DNA of 30,585 nucleotides from positions 1 to 30,585 of IMG/VR virus record IMGVR_UViG_2728369593_000008; one strand, given 5' to 3'. Source of the DNA: a virus (Duplodnaviria; Heunggongvirae; Uroviricota; Caudoviricetes). Below the pieces are notes generated by a model. It had not been told where the DNA came from. It searched no databases and worked only from the letters and a program-made list of their open reading frames with translations. The position numbers were made by a program, and so were the translations under genes. Positions 8,041-17,507 of this stretch are shown one piece after another. Each line of letters begins with the position of its first letter. Within the stretch, counting starts at the first letter, position 1.

Positions 8041-9770
8041 GCCGGAAATCTTACCCCAACGTAAATGCTGCCAATCAGTATGCCCGTGATGTCGTGCGGG
8101 GAAAGATTGTGGCCTGCCAGTTTGTGATTCAGGCCTGCCAGCGCCATCTTGATGACCTGATGGCGGAAAAAAGTAAGTCGTTTCGTTACCGCTTCGACAA
8201 GGACCTGGCTGAACGGGCCGCCAAATTTATTCAGCTGTTGCCGCACACCAAGGGTGAGTGGGCATTCAAAAGGATGCCCATCACGCTGGAGCCGTGGCAG
8301 CTCTTTGTGATCTGCTGCGCGTTTGGCTGGGTCAATAAAGGCTCCCGGCTGCGCCGCTTCCGTGAGGTGTATACCGAAATCCCCCGTAAGAACGGCAAAT
8401 CGGCAATCTCTGCCGGTGTCGCCCTGTATTGTTTTGCCTGTGATAACGAGTTTGGCGCGGAAGTGTATTCCGGTGCCACGACAGAGAAACAGGCGTGGGA
8501 AGTCTTTCGCCCGGCGCGACTGATGTGTAAACGCACACCCATGCTGACGGAAGCGTTCGGGATTGAGGTTAACGCCTCAAACATGAACCGTCCGGAGGAT
8601 GGCGCGCGGTTTGAACCGCTGATCGGCAACCCCGGTGATGGATCATCACCCCACTGTGCGGTGGTGGATGAATATCACGAGCACGCCACAGATGCGCTTT
8701 ACACCACGATGCTTACCGGGATGGGGGCGCGACGTCAGCCACTGATGTGGGCCATCACTACCGCCGGGTACAACATTGAGGGGCCGTGCTACGACAAACG
8801 GCGGGAAGTCATCGAGATGCTCAACGGCTCGGTACCCAACGATGAACTGTTCGGGATCATCTATACCGTTGACGAAGGTGACGACTGGACCGACCCGCAG
8901 GTGCTGGAAAAAGCCAATCCAAATATTGGCGTGTCGGTTTATCGCGAATTTTTGTTAAGTCAGCAGCAGCGTGCGAAAAATAACGCCCGTCTGGCAAACG
9001 TCTTTAAAACAAAACACCTCAATATCTGGGTGTCGGCGCGTTCGGCGTATTTCAACCTGGTGAGCTGGCAGAGCTGCGAGGATAAATCACTGACCCTTGA
9101 GCAATTCGAGGGGCAGCCGTGCATTCTGGCCTTTGACCTGGCGCGTAAACTGGATATGAACAGCATGGCGCGACTTTATACCCGCGAGATTGACGGTAAA
9201 ACGCATTACTACAGTGTGGCCCCGCGTTTCTGGGTACCGTATGACACGGTGTACAGCGTCGAGAAAAATGAAGATCGACGGACAGCCGAACGCTTTCAGA
9301 AATGGGTGGAAATGGGCGTCCTGACCGTTACCGATGGTGCAGAAGTGGATTATCGCTACATCCTCGAAGAGGCCAAAGCGGCGAACAAAATCAGCCCGGT
9401 CAGCGAGTCACCAATCGACCCCTTCGGGGCGACCGGGCTGTCACATGACCTTGCTGATGAAGACCTGAACCCCATCACTATCATCCAGAACTACACCAAC
9501 ATGTCCGACCCGATGAAAGAGCTGGAAGCAGCAATTGAATCGGGACGCTTTCATCATGACGGCAATCCCATCATGACCTGGTGTATCGGCAACGTGGTCG
9601 GCAAAAACATGCCGGGTAACGATGATGTGGTGAAACCCGTCAAAGAGCAGGCGGAAAACAAAATCGACGGTGCAGTTGCGCTGATTATGGCGGTTGGCAG
9701 AGCCATGCTGTACGAGAAAGAAGACACGCTGTCTGACCACATTGAGTCCTACGGGATCCGCTCGCTTTAA
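8037..9770 (+). CDS. Terminase large subunit (HK97-like)
   Basis: 577-aa protein with ATPase-type motifs ([19 protein letters not shown]) and a C-terminal nuclease-like region; start overlaps the small-terminase stop. Confidence 0.9.
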   Translation: MSRKSYPNVNAANQYARDVVRGKIVACQFVIQACQRHLDDLMAEKSKSFRYRFDKDLAERAAKFIQLLPHTKGEWAFKRMPITLEPWQLFVICCAFGWVNKGSRLRRFREVYTEIPRKNGKSAISAGVALYCFACDNEFGAEVYSGATTEKQAWEVFRPARLMCKRTPMLTEAFGIEVNASNMNRPEDGARFEPLIGNPGDGSSPHCAVVDEYHEHATDALYTTMLTGMGARRQPLMWAITTAGYNIEGPCYDKRREVIEMLNGSVPNDELFGIIYTVDEGDDWTDPQVLEKANPNIGVSVYREFLLSQQQRAKNNARLANVFKTKHLNIWVSARSAYFNLVSWQSCEDKSLTLEQFEGQPCILAFDLARKLDMNSMARLYTREIDGKTHYYSVAPRFWVPYDTVYSVEKNEDRRTAERFQKWVEMGVLTVTDGAEVDYRYILEEAKAANKISPVSESPIDPFGATGLSHDLADEDLNPITIIQNYTNMSDPMKELEAAIESGRFHHDGNPIMTWCIGNVVGKNMPGNDDVVKPVKEQAENKIDGAVALIMAVGRAMLYEKEDTLSDHIESYGIRSL

Positions 9771-9781
9771 CTGAGGTAATT

Positions 9782-9964
9782 ATGATCATGCTGATTCTCG
9801 CGCCTCTGGTGGGCGTGCTGGGGGCGCTTTTGCTGGCGTATGGTGCCTGGCTGATTTATCCCCCGGCGGGGTTTGTTGTTGCCGGGGCGTTGTGCCTGTT
9901 CTGGTCGTGGCTGGTGGCGCGATATCTCGACCGTACACAGACGTCTGTCGGCGGAGGTAAATAG
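9782..9964 (+). CDS. Small membrane protein (two predicted transmembrane helices)
   Basis: 60-aa hydrophobic ORF with GAGGT RBS; fits exactly between the terminase stop and portal start, overlapping the portal start by 1 nt. Confidence 0.45.
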   Translation: MIMLILAPLVGVLGALLLAYGAWLIYPPAGFVVAGALCLFWSWLVARYLDRTQTSVGGGK

Positions 9965-11205
9965 TGTTCTTTTCGGGATTATTTCAACGAAAAAGTGACG
10001 CACCGGTGACCACGCCAGCAGAGCTGGCGGAGGCTATCGGGCTGTCATACGACACCTATACCGGAAAGCAGATCAGCAGCCAGAGGGCCATGCGACTGAC
10101 GGCGGTTTTTTCCTGCGTCAGGGTGCTGGCAGAGTCGGTCGGGATGTTGCCCTGCAACCTGTATCACCTGAACGGCAGCCTGAAGCAGAGAGCCACCGGC
10201 GAACGTCTGCATAAGCTGATCTCCACGCATCCCAATGGCTATATGACGCCGCAGGAGTTCTGGGAGCTGGTGGTCACCTGTCTGTGCCTGCGGGGAAACT
10301 TTTACGCCTACAAAGTGAAAGCATTTGGCGAAGTGGCTGAACTGCTGCCCGTCGATCCCGGCTGTGTGGTACCGAAGCTTAACAGTAGCTGGGAGCCGGT
10401 CTATCAGGTCACATTCCCGGATGGCTCCACGGATGTACTGAGCCAGGAGGATATCTGGCATGTGCGCACGCTGACGCTGGACGGACTGGTGGGGCTGAAT
10501 CCCGTCGCCTATGCCCGCGAGGCAATATCGCTGGCAGCTGCGACCGAAGAGCACGGGGCCAGACTGTTCAGCAATGGCGCGGTGACGTCGGGTGTGTTGC
10601 GTACAGAGCAGACGCTGTCAGATCAGGCTTATGAGCGCCTGAAGAAAGATTTTGAGGAGCGTCACACCGGGCTTGGCAATGCTCACCGCCCGATGATCCT
10701 TGAGATGGGGCTGGACTGGAAGTCGATGGCGCTGAACGCCGAGGACAGCCAGTTCCTGGAAACCCGCAAGTTTCAGCTTGAAGAAATCTGTCGTCTGTTC
10801 CGGGTGCCGTTGCACATGGTGCAGAACACCGATCGCGCCACCTTCAACAATATCGAAGAGCTGGGGCTCGGATTTATCAACTATTCACTGGTGCCGTATC
10901 TGACCCGCATCGAACAGCGGATCAACACCGGACTGGTACGAAAAAGTAAGCAGGGCGTTTATTACGCCAAATTTAACACCGGGGCGTTACTGCGCGGGGA
11001 TATGAAGTCCCGTTTTGAAGCCTACGCCACCGGGATCAACTGGGGAATTTACTCTCCCAATGACTGCCGCGACCTGGAAGATATGAATCCGCGTCCCGGT
11101 GGTGATGTCTATCTCACACCGATGAACATGACCACGAAACCCTCCGATGGCAGTAAAGCCGGTAAGCAGAAGGATAACGCCAATGCAGACGAAACAACGT
11201 CTTGA
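9964..11205 (+). CDS. Portal protein (HK97 family)
   Basis: 413 aa; position after the large terminase; GTG start preceded by GGAGG; conserved portal-like blocks (e.g. FRVPLHMV, GDVYLTPMN). Confidence 0.85.
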   Translation: MFFSGLFQRKSDAPVTTPAELAEAIGLSYDTYTGKQISSQRAMRLTAVFSCVRVLAESVGMLPCNLYHLNGSLKQRATGERLHKLISTHPNGYMTPQEFWELVVTCLCLRGNFYAYKVKAFGEVAELLPVDPGCVVPKLNSSWEPVYQVTFPDGSTDVLSQEDIWHVRTLTLDGLVGLNPVAYAREAISLAAATEEHGARLFSNGAVTSGVLRTEQTLSDQAYERLKKDFEERHTGLGNAHRPMILEMGLDWKSMALNAEDSQFLETRKFQLEEICRLFRVPLHMVQNTDRATFNNIEELGLGFINYSLVPYLTRIEQRINTGLVRKSKQGVYYAKFNTGALLRGDMKSRFEAYATGINWGIYSPNDCRDLEDMNPRPGGDVYLTPMNMTTKPSDGSKAGKQKDNANADETTS

Positions 11206-11833
11206 TGTACCGCTGAGTCTGAAATCTGTCAGTGACTCCGGTGAGTTTGAAGGGTATGGCTCCGTCTTTGGTGTAAAGGACAGCCACGATGATGTGGTGA
11301 TGTCCGGGGCATTTGCTGCTTCCCTGCGGGCGTGGAGTGACAGAAAAGCGTTACCTGCGCTGCTCTGGCAGCACCGCATGGATGAACCCATCGGTGTTTA
11401 CACCGAAATGAAGGAAGACGATGTCGGGCTTTACGTCAGGGGACGGTTGCTCATTGATGATGATCCCCTCGCAAAACGCGCACATGCACACATGAAGGCC
11501 GGTTCGTTAACCGGCCTTTCTATTGGGTACGTCCTGAAAGACTGGGAATACGACCGGAGCAAAGAAGCCTTTCTGTTGAAAGAAATCGACCTCTGGGAAG
11601 TCAGCCTGGTGACGTTCCCGTCTAACGACGAGGCGCGGATCAGCGACGTCAAGAACGCACTGGCCCGCGGGGAAATCCCCGAACAGAAAAAAATCGAAAG
11701 AGTCCTGCGTGATGTCGGACTCTCCCGTACCCAGGCCAAAGCATTCATGGCCGGGGGCTATGGCGCACTGTCCCTGCGCGACGCTGAGGATGTGGGCTCT
11801 GCACTGAATGCACTGAAAAATCTGAACTTCTAA
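11183..11833 (+). CDS. Prohead protease (HK97 gp4 family)
   Basis: Protease-like motifs (EGYGSVFGVKDSHDDVV, LLWQH); ATG 11183 has an AAGGA RBS (the longer ORF begins at 11147); lies between portal and capsid. Confidence 0.8.
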   Translation: MQTKQRLDVPLSLKSVSDSGEFEGYGSVFGVKDSHDDVVMSGAFAASLRAWSDRKALPALLWQHRMDEPIGVYTEMKEDDVGLYVRGRLLIDDDPLAKRAHAHMKAGSLTGLSIGYVLKDWEYDRSKEAFLLKEIDLWEVSLVTFPSNDEARISDVKNALARGEIPEQKKIERVLRDVGLSRTQAKAFMAGGYGALSLRDAEDVGSALNALKNLNF

Positions 11834-11847
11834 TCAGGAGAAATACG

Positions 11848-13053
11848 ATGGCGGTAGATATTAAAGATGTCGAACAGGTCGCGCAGGAGCTGCAGCAGAA
11901 GTTTGACGACTTCAAAGCAAAGAACGACAAGCGCGTGGATGCGATTGAGCAGGAAAAAGGCAAGCTTGCCGGGCAGGTGGAAACCCTGAACGGAAAACTC
12001 AGCGAGCTGGAAAATCTCAAAAGCGACCTTGAAAAAGAGCTGCTTGAGCTGAAACGTCCGGCAGGTGGTGCGCAAAATAAACTGGCCACCGAGCATAAAG
12101 AAGCGTTTGTGGGCTTCCTGCGTAAAGGCCGTGAAGATGGTCTGCGCGATCTGGAGCGCAAGGCATTACAGGTGGGCACCGATGAAGACGGTGGCTATGC
12201 CGTGCCGGAAGCGCTGGATCGCAACATTCTGACCCTGCTGAAAGATGAAGTGGTGATGCGTCAGGAAGCCACGGTGATCACCGTTGGCGGTTCCGACTAC
12301 AAAAAACTGGTGAATCTGGGCGGTACGGCTTCCGGATGGGTGGGGGAAACGGATACGCGATCCCAGACTGCCACTTCCAGACTGGAGCTGATTGAACCTC
12401 TCATGGGGGAAATCTACGGCAACCCGCAGGCTACCCAGAAAATGCTGGACGATGCCTTCTTCAACGTGGAGGCCTGGATCAACAGCGAGCTGGCAACCGA
12501 ATTTGCCGAACAGGAAGAAATTGCCTTTACCTCAGGCGATGGCACCAAGAAGCCGAAAGGGTTCCTGGCGTATGAATCCACTGATGAAACCGACAAGGTC
12601 CGGGCGTTCGGCAAACTTCAGCATATTGTATCCGGCGAAGCGACCGCGGTGACCGCAGACGCCATTATCAAACTGATTTACACGCTGCGTAAGGCACACC
12701 GCACTGGCGCGAAGTTCATGATGAACAACAACAGCCTGTTTGCCATCCGTCTGCTGAAAGACACCGAGGGTAACTATCTGTGGCGTCCGGGGCTGGAACT
12801 GGGGCAGCCGTCCTCTCTGGCGGGTTACGGTATCGCTGAAAACGAACAGATGCCGGATATCGCCGCTGATGCGAAAGCCATTGCATTTGGTAACTTCAAG
12901 CGGGGTTACACCATCGTTGACCGTATCGGTACCCGCATTCTGCGTGATCCGTACACCAATAAACCATTTGTCGGTTTTTATACCACCAAGCGCACCGGCG
13001 GCATGCTGGTCGATTCGCAGGCCATCAAACTGCTGAAGATTGCAGCGGCGTAA
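11848..13053 (+). CDS. Major capsid protein (HK97 fold) with coiled-coil N-terminal delta domain
   Basis: 401 aa; heptad-like N-terminal ~100 aa; conserved capsid C-terminal region; AGGAG RBS. Confidence 0.9.
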   Translation: MAVDIKDVEQVAQELQQKFDDFKAKNDKRVDAIEQEKGKLAGQVETLNGKLSELENLKSDLEKELLELKRPAGGAQNKLATEHKEAFVGFLRKGREDGLRDLERKALQVGTDEDGGYAVPEALDRNILTLLKDEVVMRQEATVITVGGSDYKKLVNLGGTASGWVGETDTRSQTATSRLELIEPLMGEIYGNPQATQKMLDDAFFNVEAWINSELATEFAEQEEIAFTSGDGTKKPKGFLAYESTDETDKVRAFGKLQHIVSGEATAVTADAIIKLIYTLRKAHRTGAKFMMNNNSLFAIRLLKDTEGNYLWRPGLELGQPSSLAGYGIAENEQMPDIAADAKAIAFGNFKRGYTIVDRIGTRILRDPYTNKPFVGFYTTKRTGGMLVDSQAIKLLKIAAA

Positions 13054-13102
13054 TCATTCATGGGCGCGGAACCGCGCCCCCTGTTCTGAAGGGTGAAGAA
13101 TC

Positions 13103-13303
13103 ATGATCCTGAAACAAGATCTGAAATGGTCACCGGACGGTATGCGTGTTGAGGTCATTCGGGCCGGTGAGTATGACGACGGGGCGCTTCCTGCCCGGGT
13201 GCAGGAGATTGCACTTCAGGCCGGGTTAGCAGAGCGCGGAACCAGTGCAAAAAGCAGTAAAGCGACAAAAGAGAAAAAAGCCACGACCAGTAAAGAGGGC
13301 TGA
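13103..13303 (+). CDS. Small hypothetical head-module protein
   Basis: 66-aa ORF with GGTGA RBS filling the gap between capsid and connector genes; Lys/Ser/Thr-rich C-terminus. Confidence 0.4.
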   Translation: MILKQDLKWSPDGMRVEVIRAGEYDDGALPARVQEIALQAGLAERGTSAKSSKATKEKKATTSKEG

Positions 13304-13305
13304 GC

Positions 13306-13629
13306 ATGCTTCTGACAATGGAAGAGATTAAAGCCCAACTCCGGCTGGATGAGGATTTCGATACTGATGACCGCCATCTGCAACTGCTGGCCTGTGCGGC
13401 ACAAAAGCGGACGGAAACGTATCTGAACCGGAAGCTCTATGCACCGGATGAAACCATTCCGGACAGCGACCCGGACGGACTACACCTGCCGGATGATATT
13501 CGTCTGGGGATGCTGATGCTTATCAGCCATTTTTACGAAAACCGCTCGTCGGTTACGGAAGTGGAGAAACTCGACATGCCGCAGAGTTTTGGCTGGCTTG
13601 TCGGCCCGTACAGGTACTTTCCGCAATGA
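13306..13629 (+). CDS. Head-tail connector / DNA-packaging protein (phage gp6-like)
   Basis: 107 aa; MEEIKAQLRLDEDFDTDD... N-terminus typical of gp6-like adaptors; tightly spaced with neighbouring genes. Confidence 0.7.
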   Translation: MLLTMEEIKAQLRLDEDFDTDDRHLQLLACAAQKRTETYLNRKLYAPDETIPDSDPDGLHLPDDIRLGMLMLISHFYENRSSVTEVEKLDMPQSFGWLVGPYRYFPQ

Positions 13630-14036
13630 AAATTCGTCAGGCGCAGACCAGCGCAACCTACATTCTGCCGGACCCCGGTGAACTGAATAAACGCGTCCTG
13701 ATCCGCCAGCGGGTGGATATGCCCGCGGATAACTTTGGCGTGGAGTCTCAATACCCGGTTACGTTCCGGACATGGGCGAAGGTTATCCAGACCAGTGCCA
13801 CCACCTGGCAGGAAACCGCGCAGACCGGGGACGCCATCACCCATTACATCACCATTCGCTACCGCCGGGGGATCACCGCTGATTATGAGGTGGTCTGCGG
13901 TGACAGTGTGTACCGGGTGAAACGTCAGCGCGATCTGAACGGGGCGCGGCGCTTTCTGCTGCTGGAGTGTACGGAACTGGGCGAATTTACGCAGAGTCAC
14001 GGAGGCAGCAATGGCGACTTCCTTTTTTCACGTTGA
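13626..14036 (+). CDS. Head-tail joining / head closure protein
   Basis: 136 aa; position and size; start overlaps the previous stop (ATGA). Confidence 0.6.
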   Translation: MKIRQAQTSATYILPDPGELNKRVLIRQRVDMPADNFGVESQYPVTFRTWAKVIQTSATTWQETAQTGDAITHYITIRYRRGITADYEVVCGDSVYRVKRQRDLNGARRFLLLECTELGEFTQSHGGSNGDFLFSR

Positions 14037-14517
14037 TTTTCAGCAGCCCGCGGAGATGCGCTTTAACCGCGCCCGTGTCCGGCGGGCGTTTGTCACGATT
14101 GGTCAGCGTCATATGCGTGATGCCCGTCGGCTGGTGATGCGCCGTGCGCGGTCGGCACCGGGTGAAAACCCCGGTTATCAGACCGGACGCCTGGCACGTT
14201 CGATTGGTTATATGGTACCCAGAGCCAGTAAACATCGCCCCGGTTTTATGGCACGTATAGCCCCTAACCAGCGTAATGGTGAGGGAAACCGCCGCATCAC
14301 CGGTGATTTTTATCCGGCTTTTTTGTTCTATGGCGTGAGGCGAGGGGCAAAGCGTCGTCGCAGCCATCATCGTGGTGCATCCGGTGGCAGCGGCTGGCGG
14401 CTGGCTCCACGTAATAACTTTATGGTGGAAACGCTTCAAAAGAACCGCAGCTGGACACGCTATTTTCTGGCGCGGGAATTACGTAAATCACTGAAGCCGG
14501 AGCGACGACACAGATGA
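14011..14517 (+). CDS. Virion morphogenesis / tail-completion protein (HK97 gp10-like, Mu gp36-like)
   Basis: 168-aa basic protein; GGAGG RBS; position between head-closure and tail genes. Confidence 0.6.
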   Translation: MATSFFHVDFQQPAEMRFNRARVRRAFVTIGQRHMRDARRLVMRRARSAPGENPGYQTGRLARSIGYMVPRASKHRPGFMARIAPNQRNGEGNRRITGDFYPAFLFYGVRRGAKRRRSHHRGASGGSGWRLAPRNNFMVETLQKNRSWTRYFLARELRKSLKPERRHR

Positions 14518-15074
14518 AACTGACGCCTGTTATTGCTGCGCTGCGTGCCCGCTGCCCGTATTTTGAAAACCGGGTGGCAGGCGCGGCACAGTTCAAAAAT
14601 CTGCCGGAGGTCGGAAAGCTGAGACTCCCGGCGGCGTATGTGGTACCGGGTGATGATTCTCCGGGAGAAAATAAAAGCCAGACCGACTACTGGCAGGAGC
14701 TGAAAGAGGGTTTCTCCGTGGTTGTCATACTGAGTAACGGGCGTGATGAGCGCGGTCAGTTTGCCTCGTATGATGTGGTGGACGATGTCCGGCAGATGCT
14801 CTTTAAGGCTCTGCTGGGCTGGAACCCGGAGGCGTGCGGTAACCCGATTACCTATGACGGCGGCACGCTGCTGGATATGAATCGTCATGAGCTGATTTAT
14901 CAGTTCGATTTTTCGGTCATCAGCGAGCTGACTGAAGACGATACCCGCCAGCAGGATGACCTGAACAGTCTGGATGAACTGCGAACGCTGGCGATTGATG
15001 TTGATTATCTCGATCCCGGTAACGGGCCTGACGGCGATATCGAACATCACACCGAAATAACCCTTCCTTCCTGA
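14514..15074 (+). CDS. Tail terminator-like protein (Mu gp37-like)
   Basis: 186 aa; start overlaps the previous stop (ATGA); position two genes upstream of the sheath. Confidence 0.55.
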   Translation: MKLTPVIAALRARCPYFENRVAGAAQFKNLPEVGKLRLPAAYVVPGDDSPGENKSQTDYWQELKEGFSVVVILSNGRDERGQFASYDVVDDVRQMLFKALLGWNPEACGNPITYDGGTLLDMNRHELIYQFDFSVISELTEDDTRQQDDLNSLDELRTLAIDVDYLDPGNGPDGDIEHHTEITLPS

Positions 15075-15082
15075 GAATCTTC

Positions 15083-15253
15083 ATGTTTGTGAAACCTGTT
15101 AAAGGGCGGTCAGTGCCTGACCCTGCCCGCGGTGACCTTTTGCCCACCGAAGGGCGAAATGTTGACGAGAACAACTACTGGCTGCGCCGTGAAGCAGCGG
15201 GTGATATCCGGCGCGTGAATAAAAAGGTGAACACCGATGACGATAAGCTTTAA
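15083..15253 (+). CDS. Small conserved protein preceding the tail sheath (Mu gp38-like); absent from the supplied ORF track (<60 aa)
   Basis: 56 codons read manually (MFVKPVKGRSVPDPARGDLLPTEGRNVDENNYWLRREAAGDIRRVNKKVNTDDDKL); overlaps the sheath start by 17 nt. Confidence 0.45.
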   Translation: MFVKPVKGRSVPDPARGDLLPTEGRNVDENNYWLRREAAGDIRRVNKKVNTDDDKL

Positions 15254-16733
15254 CACCATTCCGTCGAATACGCTGGTTCCGCTGTTTTATGCGGAAATGG
15301 ATAACCAGGCGGCGAATACTGCACAGGACAGCGGAGCATCGCTGCTGATTGGTCATGCCAATAACGGTGCAGAGATTGTTGCCAACAGTCTGGTGCTGAT
15401 GCCATCGGCAGACTATGCACGCCAGATTTGTGGTGCGGGAAGTCAGCTGGCGCGTATGGTCGAGGCTTATCGCCAGACCGACCCGTTTGGTGAACTGTAT
15501 GTGATTGCCGTTCCGGAAGCCACAGGCGCGGCGGCAACAGTTACGCTGACGGTGACCGGCGAAGCAACCGAAACCGGCACGGTGAATGTCTATGTGGGAC
15601 GTACCCGCGTGCAGGCACCGGTGACCAACGGCGATAACGTCACGACGATTGCCAGCAGTATCAAAGATGCCATCAATGCCGTTCCGACCCTGCCGTTTAC
15701 AGCCTCATCTTCGGCTGGCGTGGTCACACTGACCGCGCGTCATAAGGGGCTTTGCGGGAATGAAATTCCTGTCAGCCTCAATTACTACGGCTTCGGTGGG
15801 GGCGAAGTACTGCCAGCGGGCGTACAGATTGCCGTGGCGACGGGGACCGCCGGAACGGGCGCTCCGGTTCTCACCGGCGCGGTGGCTGCAATGGCGGATG
15901 AGCCGTTTGATTATATCGGCCTGCCGTTCAACGACACGGCCTCCGTTAACACGCTGGTGACAGAGATGAACGATACCAGCGGTCGCTGGAGCTATGCGCG
16001 TCAGCTGTATGGTCATGTGTATACGGCAAAGACCGGCACACTGTCAGAACTGGTGAACGCAGGTGACCAGTTTAACCAGCAGCACATCACCCTGGCGGGA
16101 TACGAAAAAGAGACCCAGACGCCTGCCGACGAGCTGGCGGCAAGCCGTACCGCCCGCGCAGCGGTGTTTATCCGCAACGATCCGGCACGTCCCACGCAGA
16201 CCGGTGAGCTGGTGGGTATGTTGCCTGCGCCGAAGGGGAAACGGTTCACGATGACCGAGCAGCAGACCCTGCTGTCTCATGGCGTGGCAACGGCGTATGT
16301 CGAAAGCGGGGTGCTGCGCATTCAGCGTGATGTCACCACGTACAGGAAAAACGCTTACGGGGTTGCGGATAACAGCTACCTCGACAGCGAGACGCTGCAT
16401 ACCAGTGCGTATGTACTGCGCAAACTGAAATCCGTCATTACCAGTAAGTACGGGCGTCACAAGCTTGCCAGCGACGGTACCCGCTTTGGTCCCGGTCAGG
16501 CGATTGTCACCCCGGCGGTAATCAAAGGGGAACTGCTGGCAACCTACCGTCAGCTTGAGCGTGCGGGGATCGTGGAAAACTACGAACTGTTTAAGCAGTA
16601 CCTGGTTGTGGAGCGTGATGCCAGCGATCCGAACCGCCTGAACACGCTGTTCCCGCCTGACTATGTTAACCAGTTGCGTGTTTTTGCCGTGGTTAACCAG
16701 TTCCGTCTTCAGTATTCAGAGGAGTCTGCATAA
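15237..16733 (+). CDS. Contractile tail sheath protein (Mu gpL-like)
   Basis: 498 aa; sheath-typical size and sequence character; AAGGTGA RBS; followed directly by the tube gene. Confidence 0.85.
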   Translation: MTISFNTIPSNTLVPLFYAEMDNQAANTAQDSGASLLIGHANNGAEIVANSLVLMPSADYARQICGAGSQLARMVEAYRQTDPFGELYVIAVPEATGAAATVTLTVTGEATETGTVNVYVGRTRVQAPVTNGDNVTTIASSIKDAINAVPTLPFTASSSAGVVTLTARHKGLCGNEIPVSLNYYGFGGGEVLPAGVQIAVATGTAGTGAPVLTGAVAAMADEPFDYIGLPFNDTASVNTLVTEMNDTSGRWSYARQLYGHVYTAKTGTLSELVNAGDQFNQQHITLAGYEKETQTPADELAASRTARAAVFIRNDPARPTQTGELVGMLPAPKGKRFTMTEQQTLLSHGVATAYVESGVLRIQRDVTTYRKNAYGVADNSYLDSETLHTSAYVLRKLKSVITSKYGRHKLASDGTRFGPGQAIVTPAVIKGELLATYRQLERAGIVENYELFKQYLVVERDASDPNRLNTLFPPDYVNQLRVFAVVNQFRLQYSEESA

Positions 16734-17089
16734 TGGCCCGTATCGGGGGAACCTGTTATTTCAAAATTGACGGTCAGCAGCTATCGCTGACCGGCGGCAT
16801 TGAGGTGCCCATGAACAGGACGGTCAATGATGACATCATCGGCCTGGACGGTTCAGTGGACCGCAAGGAAACTCACCGTGCGCCTTATGTCAAAGGGACC
16901 TTCAAGGTGCCGAAGAATTTTCCGGTGAGCAAAATCACCTCGTCTGATGAGATGACCATCACTGCCGAGCTGGCGAACGGTCAGGTCTATGTATTGTCGT
17001 CCGCCTGGCTGCACGGAGAAGCGAACCATAATGCCGAAGAAGGCACGGTTGATCTTGAGTTCCACGGTGAAGAAGGGGATTACCAGTAA
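16733..17089 (+). CDS. Tail tube protein (Mu gpM-like)
   Basis: 118 aa; TAATG overlap with the sheath stop; GAGGAG RBS. Confidence 0.8.
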   Translation: MARIGGTCYFKIDGQQLSLTGGIEVPMNRTVNDDIIGLDGSVDRKETHRAPYVKGTFKVPKNFPVSKITSSDEMTITAELANGQVYVLSSAWLHGEANHNAEEGTVDLEFHGEEGDYQ

Positions 17090-17358
17090 TGAAAGAGCTT
17101 GAGTTAAAGAAACCGATTATCGCTCATGGTGAGACACTCTCCGTACTGGAGTTTGATGAACCCACCGGGAAGGATGTCCGCGAGCTGGGGTATCCCTACC
17201 AGATGAATCAGGATGAGTCCGTCAGACTTCTGGCGCATGTGGTGTCGAAATACATTGTGCGGCTGGCGAAAGTGCCGCAAAGCTCTGTCGACCAGATGTC
17301 TCCGGCAGACCTGAATGCAGCGGCGTGGCTTGTGGCTGGTTTTTTCCTCCAGGCCTGA
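17089..17358 (+). CDS. Tail assembly chaperone (short, in-frame product)
   Basis: 89 aa; directly upstream of the tape measure gene; ends 10 nt after a T_TTT_TTC slippery heptamer. Confidence 0.75.
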   Translation: MKELELKKPIIAHGETLSVLEFDEPTGKDVRELGYPYQMNQDESVRLLAHVVSKYIVRLAKVPQSSVDQMSPADLNAAAWLVAGFFLQA

Positions 17359-17507
17359 CGGCTGAATACCTCACTGATCGCTTCTTTGACTGCGCCAGCT
17401 ACTGGCGCATTAATCCCTTCGAATTGCTGAATATGCCGATCAGTGAAATTCCCTTGCTGGTCAGTCAGGCAAACAGGATAGAGCAGGAGAAACGCACACA
17501 TGGCTGA
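17089..17507 (+). CDS. Tail assembly chaperone, predicted -1 frameshift fusion product (lambda G/GT analogue)
   Basis: Slippery heptamer T TTT TTC at 17340-17346; the -1 frame is open from there to 17507 and ends 8 nt into the tape measure gene. Confidence 0.6.

Noticed and set aside
11745-12179. 144-aa Ser/Arg-rich ORF on the - strand
   Set aside because: Antisense within the protease/capsid genes; low-complexity composition. Spurious.
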